A DNA stretch of 32,254 nt, taken from NCBI GenBank assembly GCA_900290315.1, contig OKRF01000113.1:6481-38734 (forward strand), written 5' to 3'. The first letter of the stretch is position 1. Each line of letters begins with the position of its first letter. This document shows, piece by piece, positions 17,776 through 25,602 of the stretch. The notes under the pieces were generated by a model. The model made no database searches. It was not told the origin of the DNA and saw nothing but the letters and a program-made list of their open reading frames with translations. This stretch comes from Candidatus Sulfopaludibacter sp. SbA3. Lineage in GTDB: Bacteria; Acidobacteriota; Terriglobia; Bryobacterales; Bryobacteraceae. The translations under genes and the position numbers were made by a program.

Positions 17776-18582
17776 CTACGAATCGCTCTCTTCCAGTACC
17801 CGCGCCGTCAACAGGCGCCGTTCTGCGTGTCCCTCAATCTGCTGCACCAGGAAACGGCGCAAATCCGCCGCGGTGTCCTGGCTCCAATTCGTCCGCGAGA
17901 GCTGCGCGACGGGCAAACGTAACATTTCCGAAACCAGAGCTCTCGATTCCGCTCCCAACTCCCAACTGCCTCCCGCGCCGGCCGTCCGGCGGCAGTGACC
18001 GCAAACCAAACCGGCCTGGCCGCGGCTGAAGAAGGCCCGTTCGGGTGCTTCCCCATCGCTCAGCAGGCTGCCGCAACTCAGACAGACATGCAGTTCCGGA
18101 AGCCATCCCGTAAGCCGCACCGCCCACAATGAAAAATACGTTACAGCCCGCCACGCCTTGCCCACGGGCTCGGTAACAGCCACGGGCTGCCCCTTAGCCG
18201 GCGGCTGAAGGAAATCCAGCACAGCCAGCAGGAGGCGAAAATACCTCTCATTCGGCTCCGCGGCGGGGAGCATCTGCTCCGTCACTTCCGCGAAGAAATC
18301 CAGCGCCACACTCGCCCCGTAATCGGCGGCAAGAGCGAATTGGGAGCGGATCAATTCGCAGGAATCCAAGTTGACCAGCTCGCGGGACTCGCGCTGGAAA
18401 TACGCCATCCGCACGTGCGATAACCGCTCCAGCCCCGCTCCAAAATTACTCTTCGGACGCCGCGCCCGCTTGGCCACACCCCGCAATTTTCCCTGATCCC
18501 TGGTAAGAAAGCTAACGACGAGGTCGGCTTCTTTCAGCGGGTACGTACGGAGAACGAGAGCTTCGCTGACACGCGCTGGCAC
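17776..18582 (-). CDS. recO: DNA repair protein RecO
   Basis: N-terminal OB-fold signature [32 protein letters not shown]-terminal Cys pairs CLSCGS...CGHC. GTG start. Its stop lies 4 nt before the glyQ start. Confidence 0.9.
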   Translation of the reverse strand: MPARVSEALVLRTYPLKEADLVVSFLTRDQGKLRGVAKRARRPKSNFGAGLERLSHVRMAYFQRESRELVNLDSCELIRSQFALAADYGASVALDFFAEVTEQMLPAAEPNERYFRLLLAVLDFLQPPAKGQPVAVTEPVGKAWRAVTYFSLWAVRLTGWLPELHVCLSCGSLLSDGEAPERAFFSRGQAGLVCGHCRRTAGAGGSWELGAESRALVSEMLRLPVAQLSRTNWSQDTAADLRRFLVQQIEGHAERRLLTARVLEESDS

Positions 18583-18637
18583 ACGTGGAAATTTCAGAGT
18601 ATCACAGATGAAAAGGCGGGACGGGCCGCAGAAGGGG

Positions 18638-20008
18638 TCAGGGTGTACGGCCTTTTCCCCGAATCACCGCCAGTGTGTACGCCAGCACCGGGTCTGCCTG
18701 CCCGTGATAGGGCGCCAGCAGACTGCGATTCAGGGGGATATCGGGCAGCACGCCGTGGCGGTCATCGCCTGGCCGAGGCTTCGGCGGCAGAAATTGTTTG
18801 TGCGATACGGTGCAGGTGATTCCGCTGTGGCTCAGCTTGACCACGAAGAGGTCGCCGAAGGTGGTGGCGAAGGTGGTGGGCAGGCCGCCGGTCTCGTATC
18901 CCACAATCGTTCCCGCCGCGTAGTCCCGGAACAGGGCCGCAAAACTCGCAGCCGAGGAGAATGTGCCGTTGTCCACCAGCAGCCACGTCTTGCCGTTGAA
19001 GAGGGCCGTTCGCCGAGGGTGATTCTCTTCCCTTATATGCATCGCTACCACGTGACCCTCGTTGGACTGGTACTTTGCCATATTCGCGCCATCGCGCGCC
19101 AGGATGTCGGGCGATACTTTGATGCTCCCTCCAGAGAACATGCGAAATTTCCGCGCGTACAGATAGCTGAAGATGTAGTCCCCCATCAGCGAGTTGCCGC
19201 CGCCGTTGCCGCGAACGTCGAGTATGAGTTCGGCGGCGTGGCGCTCCTGAATCTGACGGAAAACCTCGTCGATCTTCCTCTCTTCGGCGTCGCTCTGGTG
19301 AAACGCGGGGTAGACGAAGTGCGCGACTTGGCCACCCTCCAGGAACTCCACGTGGGTCTCGCGCACTTGCTGCGGCGGCTGCAGCTTCGTGAACTCCGCG
19401 AACGATATGGTTTGCACGGTTTGCCGCCGGCCGCCGGCAAGCGTCAATTGGCAGGCGTCCGCGCGGAACAGGTCGGTCAGAAAGTACCAGGAGGCTTGGG
19501 AGCCTACGAAGCGCGCAGCCTGAAACGGAAGCGTCTCGCCCGAGCAGCGATCCAGAATCGGCGCCAGAAAACGGAGCACCGGCACGCCGTTGACCGCCGT
19601 CACCTCGGCTCCACGCAGCGTTTCGTCTAGTGCAGCGACGATGCTGAAGGCGCCATTGTCGAACTCCAGCAGGAATGGCGGAAAGCGGGTGGCCGCAGTG
19701 TTCTGCGCGTTGGGGCGCTCACTCGGGCGGACCGATGTGTGGCCGTCCCGAAAGAAGGCCGCCGCATACGAGAGCGTCATTTCCAGATCGTGTTGCCGCA
19801 CGGTGCCGTTCTTGGCTTGTGTGGCCAGATCGCTCAACGTCTTCTCTCTGAGAGACCGGTAGTCGCTTTGCATAACTCTCGCCAGAAGGTTAGGATGGAC
19901 GCGCTCCAGGGTGGCGAAGAATTGATCTACATCGGCCCGCGCATCGGCCAGGCTGAGTTGCGCCCGTAGTGAAGCCGCGGCCAGTACGGCAAGCAACAGG
20001 ACGCGCAT
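18638..20008 (-). CDS. S41 family (tail-specific protease-like) peptidase, secreted
   Basis: Signal peptide MRVLLLAVLAAASLRAQ. S41 motif LILDVRGNGGGNS, and a Ser-containing NGTFSSAASFA segment. Confidence 0.85.
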   Translation of the reverse strand: MRVLLLAVLAAASLRAQLSLADARADVDQFFATLERVHPNLLARVMQSDYRSLREKTLSDLATQAKNGTVRQHDLEMTLSYAAAFFRDGHTSVRPSERPNAQNTAATRFPPFLLEFDNGAFSIVAALDETLRGAEVTAVNGVPVLRFLAPILDRCSGETLPFQAARFVGSQASWYFLTDLFRADACQLTLAGGRRQTVQTISFAEFTKLQPPQQVRETHVEFLEGGQVAHFVYPAFHQSDAEERKIDEVFRQIQERHAAELILDVRGNGGGNSLMGDYIFSYLYARKFRMFSGGSIKVSPDILARDGANMAKYQSNEGHVVAMHIREENHPRRTALFNGKTWLLVDNGTFSSAASFAALFRDYAAGTIVGYETGGLPTTFATTFGDLFVVKLSHSGITCTVSHKQFLPPKPRPGDDRHGVLPDIPLNRSLLAPYHGQADPVLAYTLAVIRGKGRTP

Positions 20009-20073
20009 AAGACTCCGCTGTCCTTTTTAGCACAATGCCCGCTCTTGGGGCGAGTGAAGCGAGCCTCACACAA

Positions 20074-20103
20074 CCCCGGCCCCTGGCCCCCGGCCCCGGC
20101 CCC
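20074..20103 (-). other. G-quadruplex-type motif on the sense strand between the radical SAM and S41 genes
   Basis: The minus strand reads GGGG-CC-GGGG-CC-GGGGG-CCA-GGGG-CC-GGGG: five G4-5 tracts with 2-3-nt loops. Confidence 0.5.
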
Positions 20104-20116
20104 TGTTTTTCGACCT

Positions 20117-21763
20117 TTACGCCTCTACCCAATTCCTGCGCCCGATGATGGTGGGCGGTTCGTGGCTGTTGCCCCGGGCGAGACGGCGGTCTTCCAGCAG
20201 GCTGGTCCACCACAGGACGGGGCCGAGCAGGCGGCTGGCGGATGCGGTCAGAAAACCGAATTCCTGTTCGATCTCTTTGCGCAGGGCCTGGATTTGCGGC
20301 GCCACGGAGAAGTTCGCGTTTTTGAGCCGATGCTCCATGGCCCAGAGAACCGCGGCGTAGGCGTGCCGCAGCGTTCGGCTTTCCCGGTGGAAGCGCTCGC
20401 GCACGCGCAGATCGGGATGATCCTTGTAGCGCATCCAACCCTGGAAGGTGGTGCGGCAGATGCGGAAGAGGCTCGGGCCGTTGCGCTCGAAGTCCCACCG
20501 GAAAGCCGAATCGAGGAACTTCTTCGACTCCTCCCGCGAAATAGCGGCGTGCTGGAAGTTGAAACGATCCTGCCCGTGGATGTCCGCCAGGTCGACGTCC
20601 GGGAGCAGCCTGCCCTGATCTTCCATATCGTGATAAAGCGGCGTTCCCGGCACCGGCGTGTAGAGCATGAACTGGTGCAGGTCGGTCTCGTGCGCCACGG
20701 CGTGCTCGATTTCGGCCCCGATGTTTTCCGGGGTGTGGTGTTCCAGCCCCAGAATGGTGGACCCCAGCAGAACAATGCCGTGCTCGCGCAACTCGCGCGT
20801 GAGTTGCAGTGTGTCCGCGCCTTCCAGTTTGGCGTACCCGGATTGCGCCGATTCCAGGCCCATCCAGATGGAAGAGACTCCGAGTTCCACCAACTGTTCG
20901 TAGGTGTATTTCTTGATGGCGTTAGCCGACGAGAAGATATGGAACGCCCAACTCTTGCCGGCCGCCTTCATGCGCGCCAACAGGTCCAGGGCGCGCTGCC
21001 GCTGGAGCAGGAAGTTCTCGTCCATGATGAAGAACGATTTCACCTTGCGGGTGACTTCCGCTTCCTCCATCAGGCGGAACAGTTCTTCGCCGGTGGAGTA
21101 GAGATTGAGCATCTTTCCCTTACCCCCGAAGAAGGACGACGTGGTACAGAAATTGCACCCCATGGGACATCCCATGGAAGCGATGATGGTGGCGGAACGT
21201 TCCGCCTTATCGGGAATCTTCACGCCCATGACCCGCAGGTCGAACCCGGAAGAAAGGGCGGGATGCCGAATGGGAGCCTCGACGTCCTCGCCCAGATACT
21301 GCCGCATCCAGGCGATGCCGTCCCCCTTCACGATATGGTCGGCGTCGAGAATGTGTTCGACTCCGGGAATGGCGGCTACGTGTCCGCCCACCACGACGGT
21401 GGAATGCGGCGAGAGTTCCCGGATCATGCGGCACATCTCGCGCACCTTGCCCACATTCACGATGATGGAAGAGACTCCTACGATGTCGTAATGGTGGGAC
21501 GTGAGTTCGCGGGCGAAGGCTTTGTGGGTGGGGAAATCCAGGACCGTACAAGGCGCGGAAATATTCTCCTGAATCATGAGAATGCCCCAGGAGCGGTGGA
21601 ACCGACGCACGGAGAACGAGCCCTGCGCGCGGGTCACCTGGTTGTGGTAGAGCTCCATCGGATTGATGGTGCGGCTGCCGAAGGAATCGTCTTGGGCGTA
21701 TGGGCCGAAGACGGAAGAGAGCAACACACGGGCGCGAGCACCCTTAGGGTGAGTTGTAATCAT
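20117..21763 (-). CDS. B12-binding-domain radical SAM protein (class B; substrate unknown)
   Basis: 548 aa. N-terminal cobalamin-binding-like region (YDIVGVSSII...VVVGGHVA) followed by the radical SAM motif CPMGCNFC. The specific subfamily cannot be assigned by eye. Confidence 0.88.
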   Translation of the reverse strand: MITTHPKGARARVLLSSVFGPYAQDDSFGSRTINPMELYHNQVTRAQGSFSVRRFHRSWGILMIQENISAPCTVLDFPTHKAFARELTSHHYDIVGVSSIIVNVGKVREMCRMIRELSPHSTVVVGGHVAAIPGVEHILDADHIVKGDGIAWMRQYLGEDVEAPIRHPALSSGFDLRVMGVKIPDKAERSATIIASMGCPMGCNFCTTSSFFGGKGKMLNLYSTGEELFRLMEEAEVTRKVKSFFIMDENFLLQRQRALDLLARMKAAGKSWAFHIFSSANAIKKYTYEQLVELGVSSIWMGLESAQSGYAKLEGADTLQLTRELREHGIVLLGSTILGLEHHTPENIGAEIEHAVAHETDLHQFMLYTPVPGTPLYHDMEDQGRLLPDVDLADIHGQDRFNFQHAAISREESKKFLDSAFRWDFERNGPSLFRICRTTFQGWMRYKDHPDLRVRERFHRESRTLRHAYAAVLWAMEHRLKNANFSVAPQIQALRKEIEQEFGFLTASASRLLGPVLWWTSLLEDRRLARGNSHEPPTIIGRRNWVEA

Positions 21764-21874
21764 TTATTTACCCAGGCAGAACGAAGGAGGGGCGATGCGA
21801 TCCGATGAACGGCCAATCCCAGTCTAGCAGATTTCGCCCAATCAGACCTGATTTGGTGCGATTACAATCTGGAA

Positions 21875-23179
21875 ATGCGTTACGCTCTGATTGCATTGGC
21901 CTTCTGCTGCCTGCCCACGAAGGCGCAGCCCGGCCGGAAATGGATCACTACCTGGGTGGCTTCGGTGCACGGGCCGTATCCGGTGGGGAACGCTTCTGCG
22001 CAACCCGACCTGCGGCTGGTGTTCCCCACGCCAGAGACGGGGGCGCACGACCAAACCTTCCGCTTGATGGTGCAGCCCGACCTTTGGAGCGGGCGAATGC
22101 GGTTGCGTTTCTCGAATGCGTTCGGAACGCGGCCCGTGACACTCGACGGTGTATTCGCCGGATTGCAGTGGAGCGCGGCCGCCGTGCTGGCCGGCACCAA
22201 TCGGCCGGTACGTTTTGGTGGCAAGCCCGGTGTCACCATCTCTCCCGGCGCCTGGGTGTGGAGCGACGCGGTGGCGCTGCCCTTCGTCCGCAATCCGGTA
22301 CAGCCGGAGTTGGCAGGCCGCAGACTCGCGGTGAGTTTTCACGTCGCCGGAGACAGCGGACCGATGACGTGGCACGCCAAGGCGTTGACCACGTCCTATG
22401 TGACCGCTCCCGGGGCCGGTTCGAAAGGCCAGGCTGGGGACGAATCGGCGTTCCCTTTCAGCACCACGTCCTGGTATTTTCTGGACGCGGTGGATGTCAT
22501 GGCGCCCGCTGCCACACGCGTGGTGGTGGCGTTGGGCGACTCCATCACGGACGGCACCGCATCCACCCTGAACGGCGATGACCGTTGGCCCAATGCGCTC
22601 GCGCGGCGGCTGCATGCCACCTACGGCAATCGCATCGTGGTGGTGAATGCCGGAATCGGCGGAAACCAGGTGGCCGGACCCGCGGAGTATTCCGCCCAGA
22701 AGCCCTTTGCAGGCGGGCCTTCGGCGACTCAAAGGCTGGAGCGGGATGTCCTGAGTCTCTCGGGCGTGTCTGCCGTGATCTGGCTCGAGGGCATCAACGA
22801 TTTCAGCCGGAATGCGGATGCCGAAGTGGATGCTGTGGAAGCCGGCATGAAAGAAGTGGTGGGCCGGATTCGCGCCCGTCTGAATGGCGTGAAGGTGATC
22901 GGCGCCACGGTGGTTTCCGCGCTCGGCAGCACCAATGCCGCGCACGGGTCGCCGGCGGAGGACCGGAAGCGGCAACAGTTGAACGAATTCATCCGGAATT
23001 CCGGCCTCTTCGATGGGGTCGCCGACTTCGACCGCGCAACGCTCGACCCCACGACGGGCGGTTTACGACGGGAGTTCGTCCCTGACAGCACCACGGGCGG
23101 CGCCGGCGACAAACTGCATCCCAATCGCGCAGGCTATCTGGCCATGGCGATGTCGATCGATTTGAGTTTGTTGCGCTAA
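21875..23179 (+). CDS. SGNH/GDSL hydrolase family protein with an N-terminal beta-sandwich-like domain, secreted
   Basis: Signal peptide MRYALIALAFCCLPTKAQP. SGNH block I VVALGDSITDG and block V DKLHPN. Confidence 0.85.
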   Translation: MRYALIALAFCCLPTKAQPGRKWITTWVASVHGPYPVGNASAQPDLRLVFPTPETGAHDQTFRLMVQPDLWSGRMRLRFSNAFGTRPVTLDGVFAGLQWSAAAVLAGTNRPVRFGGKPGVTISPGAWVWSDAVALPFVRNPVQPELAGRRLAVSFHVAGDSGPMTWHAKALTTSYVTAPGAGSKGQAGDESAFPFSTTSWYFLDAVDVMAPAATRVVVALGDSITDGTASTLNGDDRWPNALARRLHATYGNRIVVVNAGIGGNQVAGPAEYSAQKPFAGGPSATQRLERDVLSLSGVSAVIWLEGINDFSRNADAEVDAVEAGMKEVVGRIRARLNGVKVIGATVVSALGSTNAAHGSPAEDRKRQQLNEFIRNSGLFDGVADFDRATLDPTTGGLRREFVPDSTTGGAGDKLHPNRAGYLAMAMSIDLSLLR

Positions 23180-24810
23180 TTCACAATGCCCGGCGCTTCG
23201 TGGCCCAATCGCTGCACGTACTCCATGTAGCTGCCCGGATATACCACCGGATCGCGTTCCTTCCCGCTCTCTCCGCCCAGTTCCAGCACGCGCGAGCCGA
23301 GTCCGCGCAGGAACGTGCGGTCGTGCGAGACGAAGATCATGGTCCCTTCGAATTCCTTGAGCGAATCGACCAGCATCTCTTTGGTGGCCAGGTCGAGGTG
23401 ATTGGTAGGCTCGTCCAGCACCAGGAAATTCGGTGGATTGTAGAGCATGCGCGCCATGGCGAGGCGTGATTTTTCGCCGCCGGACAGGGCGCGGATGGGT
23501 TTGTCGACATCGTCGCCGGAGAATTGGAACGCGCCGGCCAGGGTGCGCAGGGAGCCGATGCCATCTTGCGGGAAATCCTTCTGCAATTGCTCGAAGACCG
23601 TCAATTCGGCGTCCAGCACCTCCAGCGATTGTTGCGCGAAGTACCCCATGGTGAGGCTGGCGCCCAGGCGGACGGTGCCGGCATCGGGCTGGGTTGCTCC
23701 CGCGATCATCTTCAGCAGCGTGGTTTTTCCGGCGCCGTTGCGGCCCATCACGGCCCACCGTTCGCCGCGGCGGATAGTGAGGCTGAAGCCATCGTAGATC
23801 ACGCGTGGGCCGTAGCGCTTGTGCAGTTCTTCGATCACCGCCACCTGGTCTCCCGAACGCGGCGGAACGCGGAATTCGAACCGCACCACCTGGCGCCGTT
23901 TGGGCAGTTCGATCTTCTCGATCTTGTCGAGCGCCTTGATGCGGCTTTGCACCTGGGCGGCTTTGGCGGCGTGCGTGCGGAAACGGTCGATGAAACGCTG
24001 CTCCTTGGCGAGCATGGCCTGCTGGCGAACGAATGCCGCCTGCTGGTTGCTCTCGCGGATGGCGCGCTCGCGCTCGTAAAAATCGTAATTCCCGGAATAG
24101 ACCACAATCTCGCCGGCGTCGATCTCGGCGATTTTGCTGGCGATGCGATTCATGAACTCGCGGTCGTGCGAGGTCATCAGCAGCGCGCCAGGGTAGCTCT
24201 TGAGGAACTGCTCCAGCCAGATGATGGATTCGATATCGAGGTGGTTGGTGGGCTCGTCCATCAGCAGCACGTCGGGCCGGCCGAGCAGCACGCGCGCCAG
24301 CGCCACGCGCATCTTCCAGCCTCCGGAGAGCGCGCCCACGTCGCCATCGATCTGATCGTCCTCGAAGCCGAGGCCGTGCAGCACCTCGCGCGCCTGCGCT
24401 TCCAGGGTGTATCCGCCCAGATGTTCGTACTCCTCCTGCACCTCGCCGAAGCGGGCCAGCACGCGGTCCATCTCCTGCGGCGTACAGTGCTCCATGGCGT
24501 GGTGCAAGGCTTCCAGTTCGTGATGCAGGTCGCCGGCGCGTCCGCTGCCGGCGATGGCTTCATCGAGTACGCTGCGGCCCTTCATCTCTTCCACATCCTG
24601 ACGGAAGTAGCCGATGGTGAGCTTCTTCGGCACGGAAACGTCGCCTTCGTCGGGCTCCTCTTCGCCCATCACCATGCGGAAGAGGGTGGTCTTGCCGGAG
24701 CCATTCGGACCCACCAGTCCCACCTTCTCGCCAGGGTTCAACTGGAAGGAAGCGTCCACGAAAATCAACTGCTTGCCGTACTGCTTGTTGATGCCGGAAA
24801 AGGAAATCAT
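23176..24810 (-). CDS. ABC-F family ATPase (no transmembrane domain; translation-factor-type ABC protein)
   Basis: Two Walker A motifs (GPNGSGKTT, GRNGAGKTT) and two ABC signatures (LSGGWKMR, LSGGEKSR), with a charged linker between the cassettes. 544 aa. Confidence 0.92.
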   Translation of the reverse strand: MISFSGINKQYGKQLIFVDASFQLNPGEKVGLVGPNGSGKTTLFRMVMGEEEPDEGDVSVPKKLTIGYFRQDVEEMKGRSVLDEAIAGSGRAGDLHHELEALHHAMEHCTPQEMDRVLARFGEVQEEYEHLGGYTLEAQAREVLHGLGFEDDQIDGDVGALSGGWKMRVALARVLLGRPDVLLMDEPTNHLDIESIIWLEQFLKSYPGALLMTSHDREFMNRIASKIAEIDAGEIVVYSGNYDFYERERAIRESNQQAAFVRQQAMLAKEQRFIDRFRTHAAKAAQVQSRIKALDKIEKIELPKRRQVVRFEFRVPPRSGDQVAVIEELHKRYGPRVIYDGFSLTIRRGERWAVMGRNGAGKTTLLKMIAGATQPDAGTVRLGASLTMGYFAQQSLEVLDAELTVFEQLQKDFPQDGIGSLRTLAGAFQFSGDDVDKPIRALSGGEKSRLAMARMLYNPPNFLVLDEPTNHLDLATKEMLVDSLKEFEGTMIFVSHDRTFLRGLGSRVLELGGESGKERDPVVYPGSYMEYVQRLGHEAPGIVN

Positions 24811-24856
24811 CGAAACTCCAAGCTAGCACGCAAAAATGCTGACGCACTTTCCGCCG

Positions 24857-25331
24857 CTACTCCTCCGCTTCGAGTAAGCTTTCCAGTTCGGGGAGCACTC
24901 GCAGGTCCTTTTCACGCCCGGCCGCGCGCTTCGCACGAATCAGCGTGCGCAGGTCCAGAGTCCACACGGAACGATCGAATGCGTCCACCTGAATCGAGTG
25001 TTCCCTCACCTGTTCGAAGGTCCCCACGCCGCTGATCTCCGCCAGCAGGTCGATATCTCCCAGATCGGTAGCGAGTGTGAACTGGCTTCGATTGCGTAGC
25101 GTGACGTCATCCCAGACAAAGGGCAGACCTTCGGGAAAGCCCGCGGAGGCGCGGCCGAAACGGGGTGAGGGCTTGGGCAAGGCGTTTCAGATTTTCCGCG
25201 GCGCGATCGTAGCAGATCTCGAGGTCTCGCGTTGGATAGGAACTGCCATGAATGATCGCCGACCACCCGCCGACGATGACGAAGTCGACTCCACAGTCCA
25301 CCAGGATCTGAACCGCCTGGATGAAACTCAT
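24857..25331 (-). pseudogene. Pol-beta-fold nucleotidyltransferase family gene interrupted by a 1-nt frameshift
   Basis: Track ORFs 25107..25331 (MSFIQAVQILVDCGVDFVIVGGWSAIIHGSSYPTRDLEICY...RPRLRG) and 24857..25180 (...FPEGLPFVWDD...LIRAKRAAGREKDL) read as one protein of about 158 aa. They join if one base is removed near cgc ggg c ttt ccc (about 25148-25150). A GG-x13-DxE motif is present. Confidence 0.65.
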
Positions 25332-25540
25332 CTCTTCCTGCGCCGGGCGGCGCCCTGGACCTCTTGCGCGACCTCGATCACATCCTGCATTCTGCGGACG
25401 CGCTCCGCTGGAGAAAGTCGGAGGCTTTCGATCAGGAGAGTCAGGTCGACGCCGTACTCTTGTGCGGCGGCGATCCGGCTCCCGGGCCGTGGGTTGCGAA
25501 GTTTCTCTTCCGCTGCCGCCAACTTATCGTTCACGGCCAT
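25328..25540 (-). CDS. Small (70 aa) partner protein of the nucleotidyltransferase gene (antitoxin-like, tentative)
   Basis: The ORF overlaps the downstream NTase start by 4 nt (ATGA). It is charged and helical-looking: GVDLTLLIESLRLSPAERVRRMQDV. The architecture resembles two-gene TA-like cassettes. Confidence 0.55.
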   Translation of the reverse strand: MAVNDKLAAAEEKLRNPRPGSRIAAAQEYGVDLTLLIESLRLSPAERVRRMQDVIEVAQEVQGAARRRKR

Positions 25541-25550
25541 TATTGTAGAG

Positions 25551-25591
25551 GAAATAAATCGCTCGGATCAGGCTGACCGATTTTCGCTGTT
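25551..25591 (+). repeat. Diverged half-copy of the 5111-5185 palindrome arm
   Basis: Hand alignment of 25551-25591 with 5151-5191 gives 37 identities out of 41. No opposing arm is present. It lies in the 62-nt gap between the small ORF start (25540) and the mutL start (25603). Confidence 0.85.
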
Positions 25592-25602
25592 AATCTAGTT
25601 TC

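Noticed and set aside
18638-21763. The idea that the B12-radical SAM gene plus the S41 peptidase form a RiPP maturation cassette.
   Set aside because: Neither flanking gap (20009-20116 and 21764-21874) contains a plausible precursor-peptide ORF on the operon strand. The S41 protein has its own signal peptide and looks like a periplasmic or secreted protease. There is no positive evidence for a RiPP role.
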